Shown here: positions 1-9,683 of the stretch, in pieces
Layout: each line of letters begins with the position of its first letter
How positions within the stretch are numbered: position 1 is the stretch's first letter
From: Candidatus Omnitrophota bacterium
Lineage (GTDB): Bacteria > Omnitrophota > Gorgyraeia > Tantalellales > Tantalellaceae
Direction of reading: 5' to 3'
NCBI GenBank assembly: GCA_043812935.1
Contig: JBDRLO010000059.1
Span: forward strand, 929 to 64,928
DNA: 64,000 nt
Made by a program: the position numbers and the translations under genes
The notes under the pieces: generated by a model
Database searches by the model: none
Told to the model about the DNA's origin: nothing
Seen by the model: only the letters and a program-made list of their open reading frames with translations

Positions 1-3000
1 TTTTTTGACTCATCCGCGATATTGGTCAATGTGTTTTCCATTGACTCTATCATATTATCCAGTTGATCCAGCTGATCCTGCATGTTCTCTATAGACTGCC
101 CCGGATCATCTTTTGAAGGAAATTTATCTGACGGAGTAAAAGGTGATGGTTTTGTCCGGGAAGGTTTTCCCGGTTTTGAACCTCCAGGAGTATGCCCTTT
201 AGAAGGCTGTGGTTTACCACCACCCATGGCCATGGAATTCATCATATCCATTATTTGTTTAATAATTTGTTCCTGAATTTTTTTCGGAAGCGCGTCAAAC
301 ATTTGCTGCAGTTTATCTTTATCTGCGTCTGTTAAATTATCCGGATCCATATCATCAACATCGGGATTATTTTCGTTTTTCATTTTCGTGAGCATTTCCC
401 TTTGTTTAGCAGCTTCAATATCCTCTTCGAAAAGTTTTTTGTACTCATTCCATATTCCGTCTTTATCATTAACAATGATTTCAAAAATATCTTTGTAATT
501 GGAATATTTTCCCGCCTGGAACATAATTTTCAGCCATCCGTCAAAAGTATTATCTAACGCATCAGCAACAAGTGAACCCTTTTTTAAACGCGGATCCAAA
601 GGCAGACAATCTCCGTGTTTTTCAGGATCATACTGGGTGTATTTATAAAGAAGCGAATCCAGATACTGTAAATGCAGAGGATATGACTGATACAAGAGTT
701 TTTCGATTTCAGGATCTCCTAAATTGTATTTAAGGTCAAAAACCCGCTGGATTAAATCAGGGATCTCTTTTGTCATTTTTTGATCTTTTGCTGCTAAAAG
801 CCTGTCTTTAATAAAAGGGACTCCTGAACTAATTGCCCTGGGCAGAAGCAAAGCATCCCATAAAACTTGAAATTCAGGGGCACTGAACCATTCTTTGTGC
901 TGGGCTTCAAAATCCTTATCCTTAGCATACTTGGTTCTGTAAATTACTAAGAACAAATTACCAATAGCCCTTTTTTGCGCGGCCTCTCTGGCTTTAATTC
1001 TGTCCGGATTTCTTTTATCAGGATAAAGTGTAAACGGCCAATAATAAATTTCCGCCCTGCGCCAGGATTTCATACCCGTGGCCTGGTTCTCCCGAAATTC
1101 CACTTTACATTGCCATAATCCCAACCTGTCTTTTACGTCTTTGGGGAAAAATTTTACTCTTACACCGAAATGCTGACGCGCTAATGCTTCCAGCATAAGA
1201 ATAAGCTCTTTCTCTACCCATATTCTGTCAGCTTCACTAGGCGGGCCCATAGTATCATCTAAAGTCTGAAAAAAATCTTTAAGAGTACGTACAGGATGTT
1301 TGCCGGTTCTTGGGGCTTGCCGCAAAATTGATACTAGCTTTTCATTTTCTTCATTTGACAAATCATCTAATCCTGCTTCATACTCTTTTTCTGAAGCACG
1401 CAAAACTGCTTTTTCGCCATCTATCGGCTCGATCCATTTTTTTTCTTCACATAACTTTGTCCAAATAGTTTCTCCATCCGTAAAGACATCCATAATAGTT
1501 TGTTTTAAAACAGTTCTTTTCTGATATTCTCCTATCATTATTCCGGCCATTATCCTGCCGACTGCTTCTTGCGCAACATATTCATCTTTCAAAAACTGAT
1601 ACTTTTCAACATCAGACAATTCTTTATTGGCATTTTCCCTATACCTTTTTAACTGCAAACTATTTAATCCCATTTTGTCATATACTTTTATGGCTTCAAA
1701 CACAAGTAAATCTATTGAAAAGCTTTCTGCCCTCTCATCTGTTTTGGATCCCTCCAATATATATAGTGACTTCCCCGTTTCTGATATCCATTTTCCGTGG
1801 TCATATAAAGCTTTTACTTCAGGTAAATACACCGCTCCGAAAATACCTATGTTTTCTTCCGCTTTATCTAAATCCCCGTCAAAAGCATGCAGAACCCAAT
1901 CACACATTGCAATTGAATATGCTATGTGCTCCCATGCCATATTACTTTTTATCTGTCCGTGATCCGGCATATAATGCGCGACCAATTCATGCACAATGGT
2001 GCTTCTTATCGTTTTTTTGTCCCATTTCGCACGCATATATATCCTTTTGTCATCCGCATTATAAGCACCTTCCGCACCGGAAAAAAGAGGTGTCATATCT
2101 AAAACTTTTGCCATGATAGAATTGTGCTTATCTTCAAAAACACTTTCCATAAAATATTTTTCTGGTAAAACATTCTCAAAACTATACAGCGAAATATCAC
2201 TTTTGATTTGTTTTGTCCATTCGCCCCTTTCATTTTCATCATCGTACAAAGCTTCTGTTACCTCTTTAATTACATCGTTAATAATGTCATCCCAATAAGG
2301 AGGCACGGACGGATTAGAAACATTTTTAATTTCCTGGGCAATTGACTTCGAAACACCCAGCATAAAATAATATAAAAACATTTCTTTTGACTGTACTCTA
2401 TAATGCTGCATTTTTTTAAGGTTGTCATATATGTTTTTACCTAAAACAGGAGAAACCTTGTATTCTTCAAAAATCTGATCTAACACCATGGCTTCAAAAT
2501 TTAAATCTCCCTGCATAAATCCTTCTAACTGAGCAATCTCGCCCATCACAGGTTCAAGAACAGGCATAAACTCTTTCAGAAGCATAAGAGTTAATGCCTT
2601 TACTGAAAAATCGTTTTTACCCATTTCATTGACACATTCCTGTACGGCTTTATAATGTTCCAGGGCTTCTTCGCGTAGATTTTTACTGACCGCGTAAAAA
2701 AGCTTCTCTTTTCCGACCAAATAATTTGCAATCTCTTTTGAAACATTGATTTTTTTGTTTTGGTCAGCATGCGCATAACTAAATTCCGTTTCTATCGCCT
2801 CTGCCAGCATATGGACATCATTACCCTTACCCAAGAGAAGATGAACCATTTCATGTATAATAATACCCAACGCGTCACTTTCTCCGAGGCTTTTACAATA
2901 AGGATCCGCGATATAAATATTCTGTTCAACGAGCTCAGGATTTGCGTTAGGAACATTTGTCTGATTGTGGCCAAAATGCGCGTTGGCATTTAAAAACATA

Positions 3001-3911
3001 ACTCTTTCTTTTGTTTTATGTAAAAACCTGAATTCATCATCTCCGCCCTCAGGCATCAGAAAAAAACATTTAAATTTCGGATGCTGTGCCAGTTCTGTTA
3101 AATTTTGAATCAGTTTTTCAAACGTCAGGTTTTCATTAATCGCTTTAATTGATTTTTCTAACCATTTTTTAATTTCCGGAGCAACTGTTTCATTCATATT
3201 TCCTAATGTTGTAACAAAACTATTTCGCATCTTTGACTGATTATAGTCTGAAGTATGGTCATTTTTTGTGTTAATAAGTTTACGAATCATTGTATTCAAT
3301 TCATCATGCACTTCATCCGGCCAATCACCGGAAGCAATATTTGCAGATTTAACGAAAGGCTCCTGAATGTTTTTTGGGGACATAATTTTTCGTACGCAGA
3401 TTTTTTTATTACTATTGCGGCAGGATATTTCAGGCCACTCGCTGATAACAGAATCATTTTTGAATTTATTCTTGTCCTGCGAAAAGAAAAACCTTATCTC
3501 ATAAGGCTCCGTGCTGAGCGGAATTAGAATTGAACCATTTTCACGCCTGTGACCCGATATATCATATTCTTTTTTATTAAGCGTCAGATCATTAAACTGC
3601 TGCCTGCCCAACAAGTTTTTTATATAGCTAACAAAAGCATCATGGTCTAATTGCAGTTTTTTTTCTGATTCAACTTCCAACAAATTTGCCACACCATACA
3701 TAATAAACGGAAAAACAAATGATTCAGAAGAAAAACTTGTATCCAACAGGCCGGACTGATAATCAGAAACTGCGGAACGAAGTTTATTTGAAATATTGGA
3801 TGGAACTATAAACTTCTGCGCGCCGAATCCAATATTCTGTGCACTTACAAACTGATTGCACAAAAATGTAGTACAAACGATAATTGCAGTTATTTTTTTA
3901 AAAACTTTCAT
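1..3911 (-). CDS. Giant secreted protein of unknown function, C-terminus beyond window (>1,303 aa), one HExxH motif
   Basis: Not in the ORF track because its stop lies outside the window. Manual reverse translation from ATG 3911-3909 gives MKVFKKITAIIVCTTFLCNQFVSAQN (signal peptide). Frame checked open at 2841-2855 (IIIHEMVHLLLG), 1974-1991 (VHELVAHY) and 180-311 (LQQMFDALPKKIQE...MGGGKPQPSKGHTPGG). Other frames hold only short shadow ORFs. Confidence 0.75.
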   Translation of the reverse strand, partial: MKVFKKITAIIVCTTFLCNQFVSAQNIGFGAQKFIVPSNISNKLRSAVSDYQSGLLDTSFSSESFVFPFIMYGVANLLEVESEKKLQLDHDAFVSYIKNLLGRQQFNDLTLNKKEYDISGHRRENGSILIPLSTEPYEIRFFFSQDKNKFKNDSVISEWPEISCRNSNKKICVRKIMSPKNIQEPFVKSANIASGDWPDEVHDELNTMIRKLINTKNDHTSDYNQSKMRNSFVTTLGNMNETVAPEIKKWLEKSIKAINENLTFEKLIQNLTELAQHPKFKCFFLMPEGGDDEFRFLHKTKERVMFLNANAHFGHNQTNVPNANPELVEQNIYIADPYCKSLGESDALGIIIHEMVHLLLGKGNDVHMLAEAIETEFSYAHADQNKKINVSKEIANYLVGKEKLFYAVSKNLREEALEHYKAVQECVNEMGKNDFSVKALTLMLLKEFMPVLEPVMGEIAQLEGFMQGDLNFEAMVLDQIFEEYKVSPVLGKNIYDNLKKMQHYRVQSKEMFLYYFMLGVSKSIAQEIKNVSNPSVPPYWDDIINDVIKEVTEALYDDENERGEWTKQIKSDISLYSFENVLPEKYFMESVFEDKHNSIMAKVLDMTPLFSGAEGAYNADDKRIYMRAKWDKKTIRSTIVHELVAHYMPDHGQIKSNMAWEHIAYSIAMCDWVLHAFDGDLDKAEENIGIFGAVYLPEVKALYDHGKWISETGKSLYILEGSKTDERAESFSIDLLVFEAIKVYDKMGLNSLQLKRYRENANKELSDVEKYQFLKDEYVAQEAVGRIMAGIMIGEYQKRTVLKQTIMDVFTDGETIWTKLCEEKKWIEPIDGEKAVLRASEKEYEAGLDDLSNEENEKLVSILRQAPRTGKHPVRTLKDFFQTLDDTMGPPSEADRIWVEKELILMLEALARQHFGVRVKFFPKDVKDRLGLWQCKVEFRENQATGMKSWRRAEIYYWPFTLYPDKRNPDRIKAREAAQKRAIGNLFLVIYRTKYAKDKDFEAQHKEWFSAPEFQVLWDALLLPRAISSGVPFIKDRLLAAKDQKMTKEIPDLIQRVFDLKYNLGDPEIEKLLYQSYPLHLQYLDSLLYKYTQYDPEKHGDCLPLDPRLKKGSLVADALDNTFDGWLKIMFQAGKYSNYKDIFEIIVNDKDGIWNEYKKLFEEDIEAAKQREMLTKMKNENNPDVDDMDPDNLTDADKDKLQQMFDALPKKIQEQIIKQIMDMMNSMAMGGGKPQPSKGHTPGGSKPGKPSRTKPSPFTPSDKFPSKDDPGQSIENMQDQLDQLDNMIESMENTLTNIADESK

Positions 3912-3972
3912 ATTATCCGCGGTTATAAATTATAGAATATAAAATGTGTTTTTTGCTTTTTTTTTGTATAAC

Positions 3973-4001
3973 AGTATCTCAAAAAAATAATATTCTGTCA
4001 A
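3973..4001 (-). promoter_or_regulatory. Candidate sigma70-type promoter for the giant secreted protein gene
   Basis: Minus strand reads TTGACA (4001-3996), 17-nt spacer, GATACT (3978-3973), about 60 nt upstream of the ATG at 3911. Confidence 0.3.
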
Positions 4002-4225
4002 CAAAAAACAAGTTAGTTTTCTAGCTTTTTTTTATTATACACCGTGGCCTAAATTAGTAAGAAAGTGAAGAAGTTTGTTAGCTGTTCAGAAATTCGTCCG
4101 GAAAATTGTTTAGTTTAGTAATTATAGCTTATTCCGAACCAAATCTACCGAAAAAAGATAGGTCAGTAAAATACATAACATATTTTAAATATTGGGATTA
4201 CCGAAAAGTGCTGTTCCGTCTGGAA

Positions 4226-5446
4226 TCAGAACCTAATGAGGGTAGAAATCTTAAATACCGGCAGAAACATACAAATTACTATGCCGCCGATTACTATTCC
4301 CAAAAAAGCGATTATTAGAGGCTCTATCAAACTTGTCATACTATCAACCACAACATCAACCTGTTCATCGGAGAAATCAGCGATTTTTGTAAGCATTGTT
4401 TCCAATTGCCCGCTCTTTTCTCCAACCGAAACCATGCGTATAACAACCGGCGGAAATATCCCGCTTTTTTCCAATGGTTCCGCAATGGTTTCTCCTTCGC
4501 GAACACTTTCTTTTACTTTGTAAATCGAACGCTCGACAACAAGGTTTCCGGATGTTTTTGCCACAATCTCAAGTGCTGAAAGTATCGGCACTCCGCTTTT
4601 AACCAACGTTGCTAATGTACGGGTAAATTTGCTTATTGAAACCTTTTTAAATAAAGGGCCAAAAACCGGAAGTTTCAATTTTATACTGTCTAAAACAAAT
4701 TTTCCTTTGTCTGTTGCTATATACATTTTTAACGAAATCATGGCAATAATAAATCCTATAACAAAAAAACCAAAATATTTCCGGGTTATATCGCTTATAT
4801 TAATCAAAATTTGTGTAGGCGCGGGCAAAGCCGAACCAAACCCTGCAAACATATCTTTAAAAACAGGAATAACTTTTATGATCATTACAAGGGTTATTGC
4901 CAACGCCATTGACGTTACAACTCCGGGATAAATCATGGCAGATTTAATTTTTTTCTGAAGAGTGTTACTTTTTTCTAAATATGAAGCTACCCGCTCTAAA
5001 ACATCTTCTAACATACCGCTAGACTCACCAGCCTTTACCATATTTATAAAATAATCAGAAAAAACTTCCGAATACTTACTCATGGCTTCTGAAAAACTCG
5101 CACCCGTATTAACAGCGTCTTTTACTTCTTTTAAAACTTTTTTAAACCGCGGATTATCAATCTGCTCCGCTAAAGTTTCAAGTGAACTAACAATTGTGAT
5201 GCCTGCCGATGTCATAGTCGCCATTTGCCGCGCGAATACCACTAGTTCTTCCATTTTTATTTTTTTTCTACCAAAAATCTTTGTTCCTGAAAATAAAGAT
5301 TTTTTTTTCACGGTTTCTTCCAACTTCAAAATAAGCAGGTTTTTACTTCGCAACAAATCTAAAACATATTTTTTGTCCGCGCCTTCAATTTCTCCTTTAA
5401 CTGTGCGGCCGTTACTTTCTTTTGCTACATACATAAACTTCGGCAT
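4226..5446 (-). CDS. pilC: Type IV pilus / T2SS platform protein (GspF/PilC family)
   Basis: 406 aa. Duplicated GspF-type motif (FARQMATMTSAGITIVSSL and FTRTLATLVKSGVPILSAL), polytopic membrane segments, adjacent to PilB/PilT ATPases. Confidence 0.9.
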   Translation of the reverse strand: MPKFMYVAKESNGRTVKGEIEGADKKYVLDLLRSKNLLILKLEETVKKKSLFSGTKIFGRKKIKMEELVVFARQMATMTSAGITIVSSLETLAEQIDNPRFKKVLKEVKDAVNTGASFSEAMSKYSEVFSDYFINMVKAGESSGMLEDVLERVASYLEKSNTLQKKIKSAMIYPGVVTSMALAITLVMIIKVIPVFKDMFAGFGSALPAPTQILINISDITRKYFGFFVIGFIIAMISLKMYIATDKGKFVLDSIKLKLPVFGPLFKKVSISKFTRTLATLVKSGVPILSALEIVAKTSGNLVVERSIYKVKESVREGETIAEPLEKSGIFPPVVIRMVSVGEKSGQLETMLTKIADFSDEQVDVVVDSMTSLIEPLIIAFLGIVIGGIVICMFLPVFKISTLIRF

Positions 5447-5516
5447 ATTTTCCTTCGCCCTTTCACTTGACTCGTTGTAATACCAATTTTTTTAATATTA
5501 CTAATGAATCCCCGTA

Positions 5517-6011
5517 TTATATTCTTTTTCTTTTATCCCGAACAATTCTCTTAGCCTTAGGCTCTGAAGTCTTAACAATAATATCCAAATCAATTTTATC
5601 CTGTTTACGGCTTGATGCTTTTTTAGACTTTATTAATTCTTTTTTGCCAATAAAAAATATTTTAATTTTGCCGTAATTTGTCTTTTTTCGGTTTTTCCAA
5701 ACCTCTTTAAAATCAACTCCACTAATGGAAGTCAAAATATCAATCCGTATTGGCTCATACCCTAATTGTATAATCCGGCCGCAATAGGCAAAGTCTTCTC
5801 CCTTCAAATTAAGGCTATTAAATCCAAAACTATTTAACGCCTTAACAATTTTAGCGGCATTTTCCATAGTTGGTTCTACTAAAATATCTATATCTTTGGT
5901 ATAGCGAGGTAATGCATAAAAAGCCACGGCAAAAGCGCCTACAACGCAATATTTAACTTTGTATTTGTTGAATAATTTTAACAGATCTTCGTAATCTTTT
6001 TCTATTTTCAT
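5517..6011 (-). CDS. Nucleotidyltransferase-fold (Pol-beta superfamily-like) protein, function unknown
   Basis: Motif VVGAFAVAFYALPRYTKDIDILV resembles the G-x-A...TKD-x-D core of minimal nucleotidyltransferases. Likely start is ATG 6011 (MKIEKDYEDLL), preceded by GGGAG 6 nt upstream. Basic K/R-rich tail. Confidence 0.55.
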   Translation of the reverse strand: MKIEKDYEDLLKLFNKYKVKYCVVGAFAVAFYALPRYTKDIDILVEPTMENAAKIVKALNSFGFNSLNLKGEDFAYCGRIIQLGYEPIRIDILTSISGVDFKEVWKNRKKTNYGKIKIFFIGKKELIKSKKASSRKQDKIDLDIIVKTSEPKAKRIVRDKRKRI

Positions 6012-6159
6012 TTTTACTCCCATTAAATTTACAATGTATTTCTCTCAAAAACTGGAGTACATCCAAGCGGTCTGTTCCGGACATCGACCGATAATACTTT
6101 TCATCAAAAGTCCGTGCTTCTTTAAAAGACAAAGCTTTATTTATCCATATCTTTTTCAT
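5953..6159 (-). CDS. Small protein (68 aa) overlapping the downstream nucleotidyltransferase-fold gene by about 59 nt
   Basis: ORF-track ORF MKKIWINKALSFKEARTFDEKYYRSMSGTDRLDVLQFLREI...RKRLRRSVKIIQQ. Both reading frames look protein-like across the overlap 5953-6011. Confidence 0.45.
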   Translation of the reverse strand: MKKIWINKALSFKEARTFDEKYYRSMSGTDRLDVLQFLREIHCKFNGSKNENRKRLRRSVKIIQQIQS

Positions 6160-6184
6160 ATTAAATTTACTTTTCTTTTCATTT

Positions 6185-6224
6185 AAACCGGTAAACCGGC
6201 TAACCAGCTAACCGGCTAACCAAC
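6185..6224. repeat. Five tandem 8-nt units (plus strand aaaccggt aaaccggc taaccagc taaccggc taaccaac; minus strand GCCGGTTA-like)
   Basis: Read directly. Immediately downstream of the pilB-2 stop codon (6224-6226). Confidence 0.8.
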
Positions 6225-7930
6225 TATGTGACTCTCAAAACCTCTTCCAATGTAGTCCACCCTTTTATAAACTTTATCATAGCATTATCACGTAAAGTCC
6301 TTACACCTTTTGAATCCAGATATTGCCTTATATCTCCTTCGGATTTTCTTTTATTTATCATTTCTTTTAAAGTATTATCAATAAGCAGTGTTTCCAATGT
6401 CCCTAAACGGCCGTAATACCCTGTTCCGTTGCATAAATCACAGCCTTTTCCATGAAAATATTTTCCGGTTTCAATATACTTTTTATATTTGCATTCTATT
6501 TCTTTGAGAACTTTTTCCGGTATTTTTGTTTCAGTTTTACAATTGGGGCAAATTTTCCGAAGAAGCCTCTGCGCACATGACATAATCAGACTCGACGCGA
6601 TAAGAAACGGCTCTATGCCCATATTTTCAAGACGTGTAATCGCACCCACCGCGTCATTTGTATGAAGCGTACTCAAAACCATCTGTCCAGTCAGAGACGC
6701 TTTAATCGCGATATCAGCGGTCTCAAAATCACGAATTTCACCTACCATAATTATATCCGGACTCTGTCTGAGCAGTGCCCTTAATCCACTGGCAAAATCC
6801 AACCCAATTTCCGGATAAGCTGCGATCTGAGTTATTCCCGTAAGCTGATATTCAACAGGATCTTCTACTGTAATAATATTTTTTTCCGGGACATTCATTT
6901 TATTAAGAACAGAATAAAGCGTTGTTGATTTACCGCTTCCAGTCGGCCCTGTTACCAGAATTATGCCAAAAGGTTTTTCAAGGGCTTTTTTAAAATCATC
7001 TAATGGTTCCGGTAAAAAACCTAAAGTCTCCAATCCAACCGACAAATTGCTCTTATCAAGCGCTCTAAGAACTATTTTGTTTCCAAAAGCCGTAGGTAAA
7101 GAAGAAACCCTGAAATCAATTTCTTTACCCTCATACTTTGTACGAAACCTGCCGTCTTGCGGCGCCCGGGTTTCCGTAATATCTAAACTGGACATTATTT
7201 TTATTCTTGCTAATATCGCTTTCTGGTTTTTCGAAGGTAAATCAAAAATATCATGCAGTTTCCCATCCACACGAAAACGTACGCGTAAAGATTTTTCCTG
7301 CGGTTCAATATGAATATCACTCGCGCGTTTTCGTATAGCCTCACTTATAATAAGATCCACCATCTTAATTATAGGCGCAGCTTTACTTTCCTGAGTAATT
7401 TCCAGCATATCAAAACCCTCAGATTTTTCTATAATCTCTACCTCTGATTTCTCCTTCTCATCTTCAATAACCGTTAAAATATCTTCTTCCGCGCTTTTAA
7501 AAAAACCCCGGATAGATTCCTGAATTTGACGGCGCATCGCAACCACCAACTTTATGTTACACCCGGTAACAGATTTAATATCGTCAATTGCTAAAATATC
7601 CGTCGGGTCATAAACAACCAACGTAAGGTCATTACCAATTTGCGACAAAGGTACAATCGAATAACGCCGGATAAGCTTTTCCGGGATTAGATTCATGCTC
7701 TCTTCGGTCAAAGTTAATCGTGAAAGGTCAAGAGGAGGAACATTTAATTCACGGCTTAATACGGTTAAAAAACCCATTTCCGGAACAAGATCCGTTTCCG
7801 CGAACATTTTGATAACATCACTTTCATTTTTCGCACGCACTTCCGCCAACAGATCGTTTAAACGTTTTTCGTCTATTAATCCATCTTCCTTTAATGCCTT
7901 TAATATTCTGTCTTTCAATGATTCTGCCAT
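6224..7930 (-). CDS. pilB: Type IV pilus / T2SS assembly ATPase (GspE/PilB family), paralogue 2
   Basis: 568 aa. Walker A GPTGSGKST, tetracysteine CPNC...CDLCNGTGY, N-terminal T2SSE_N-like region with degenerate MshEN motifs. Confidence 0.9.
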   Translation of the reverse strand: MAESLKDRILKALKEDGLIDEKRLNDLLAEVRAKNESDVIKMFAETDLVPEMGFLTVLSRELNVPPLDLSRLTLTEESMNLIPEKLIRRYSIVPLSQIGNDLTLVVYDPTDILAIDDIKSVTGCNIKLVVAMRRQIQESIRGFFKSAEEDILTVIEDEKEKSEVEIIEKSEGFDMLEITQESKAAPIIKMVDLIISEAIRKRASDIHIEPQEKSLRVRFRVDGKLHDIFDLPSKNQKAILARIKIMSSLDITETRAPQDGRFRTKYEGKEIDFRVSSLPTAFGNKIVLRALDKSNLSVGLETLGFLPEPLDDFKKALEKPFGIILVTGPTGSGKSTTLYSVLNKMNVPEKNIITVEDPVEYQLTGITQIAAYPEIGLDFASGLRALLRQSPDIIMVGEIRDFETADIAIKASLTGQMVLSTLHTNDAVGAITRLENMGIEPFLIASSLIMSCAQRLLRKICPNCKTETKIPEKVLKEIECKYKKYIETGKYFHGKGCDLCNGTGYYGRLGTLETLLIDNTLKEMINKRKSEGDIRQYLDSKGVRTLRDNAMIKFIKGWTTLEEVLRVT

Positions 7931-7952
7931 AATACCCGGTTTTAATTAAGTA

Positions 7953-9665
7953 TTACGATTCAATCGTAATACAAAGAACATCCTCTAGTGAAGCAATTCC
8001 TTCAATCACGTTTTGTATCCCGTTTTCACGTAAAGTAATCATACCTTCCTCCTTGGCCGCATCTTGTAGATCGAACTCCTGCGCACCCGAGACAATAAGG
8101 TCTTTAATCCTCTGAGTCAACACTATACACTCAATAATGCCAAGTCTCCCCTGGTATCCGCTATTCATGCAGCGTTTACAGCCCTTTGGGCGATATAACC
8201 TGGGAATCCGCCCTTTTGAATCAAAAAGTTTATATTTTTCAGCATTCTCTTTTGACGGGAGATAAGCTTCTTTGCATTCAGGGCATAATTTGCGCAGTAA
8301 TCTTTGTGCCGCAATAAGTTCTACTGATGCTGCTATTAAAAATGGTTCGATCCCCATATTTACCATTCTTACAATTGATCCACTCGCTGTATTTGTATGA
8401 AGCGTGCTTAAAACAAGATGCCCTGTCAACGCTGATTTTATGGCAACATCCAAGGTTTCAAAATCCCGAATCTCTCCCACCATGATAACATCCGGATCCT
8501 GACGCAATATTGAACGCAGGCTCCCGGCAAAAGTTAATCCGATTTCTTCATTTACACTAACCTGATTAATACCTTTAAGTTCAAATTCTACAGGATCTTC
8601 AACCGTAACAATGTTTTTGCCGGGATCATCCACATAATTTAATATGGAATAAAGCGTTGTAGTTTTTCCGCATCCTGTCGGACCGCAAACCAATATCATC
8701 CCATGGGGTTTAAGCGCAGCGTCTTTCATTTTTTGTTTATTCTCATCCTTAAACCCAAGTTTATCCAGATCAATAGTGGCCTGCGCTTTATCCAGGATTC
8801 GAAGAGCGGCTTTTTCACCATAACTCGACGGAACGATCGAAACTCTAAAATCTATTTTGCGATTTTCTATCTTTATTTTAAAACGTCCGTCTTGTGGAAG
8901 CCGCCTTTCAGCGATATCCAAATCCGACATAACCTTTATGCGCGATATTATTGCTTGATGGAACTTCTTTGGAGGAACATAATACTCACATAATACGCCG
9001 TCAATCCTAAAACGAACACGTGATTTTTTTTCCATGGGTTCAATCAAAATGTCACTTGCGCGTTCTTTTACCGCCTTGCTTAATATCATATTTGTCAATT
9101 TAACTATTGGAGCATCTTCCGTAATACTTAAAAGGTCTTCCGAAGAGACTTCTGTTTCTGCTTCTGTAATCATTTCCATTTGCGCGGTTTTTATGCCGTT
9201 AATAATCGCGCTTATTTCTTCATCAGCCGATTTTTCGTAATGCCTGCGGATCGCCTGCTGCATATCATCTTCCGAGGCAATAACAGGTGTAATATTAAGA
9301 TGCGTCATTATCTTTAAATCGTCAAGCGCGACTATATTAAGCGGGTCAACCATTGCAACCGTAAGTTGATCACCGATACGGGAAACCGGCAGGATTTGAT
9401 ATAAACGTGAAATTTTTTCGGGAATAAGCGCAAGAATATCTTTATCAATTTTGAAACGTATAAGCTGAATCGGAGGAAACTCCAAACTCTCGGTGATCGA
9501 AGTAAAAAGATCTTCTTTTGACACTGCTTTCATTTTAACAAGAATATCACCAAGACTTCCGCCTTCAGCAGCGAATGTTTTCCTGGCTTTTTCTAAAACT
9601 TCTTTTGTAATAAGCTTCTTATTAATTAAAAGTTCACAAATTTTTTTTGTTAAAGCCAGCGCCAT
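7953..9665 (-). CDS. pilB: Type IV pilus / T2SS assembly ATPase (GspE/PilB family), paralogue 1
   Basis: 570 aa. Walker A GPTGCGKTT, tetracysteine CPEC...CKRCMNSGY, N-terminal T2SSE_N region with partly conserved MshEN motif (SLGDILVKMKAVSKEDL). Confidence 0.9.
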   Translation of the reverse strand: MALALTKKICELLINKKLITKEVLEKARKTFAAEGGSLGDILVKMKAVSKEDLFTSITESLEFPPIQLIRFKIDKDILALIPEKISRLYQILPVSRIGDQLTVAMVDPLNIVALDDLKIMTHLNITPVIASEDDMQQAIRRHYEKSADEEISAIINGIKTAQMEMITEAETEVSSEDLLSITEDAPIVKLTNMILSKAVKERASDILIEPMEKKSRVRFRIDGVLCEYYVPPKKFHQAIISRIKVMSDLDIAERRLPQDGRFKIKIENRKIDFRVSIVPSSYGEKAALRILDKAQATIDLDKLGFKDENKQKMKDAALKPHGMILVCGPTGCGKTTTLYSILNYVDDPGKNIVTVEDPVEFELKGINQVSVNEEIGLTFAGSLRSILRQDPDVIMVGEIRDFETLDVAIKSALTGHLVLSTLHTNTASGSIVRMVNMGIEPFLIAASVELIAAQRLLRKLCPECKEAYLPSKENAEKYKLFDSKGRIPRLYRPKGCKRCMNSGYQGRLGIIECIVLTQRIKDLIVSGAQEFDLQDAAKEEGMITLRENGIQNVIEGIASLEDVLCITIES

Positions 9666-9683
9666 AAAAAAACTCCGAATTAC

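Noticed and set aside
1974-1991. A second metalloprotease HExxH motif in the 1-3911 protein.
   Set aside because: The sequence is HELVAH, that is HExxxH, which is not the canonical spacing. Only HEMVH at 2841-2855 fits HExxH.
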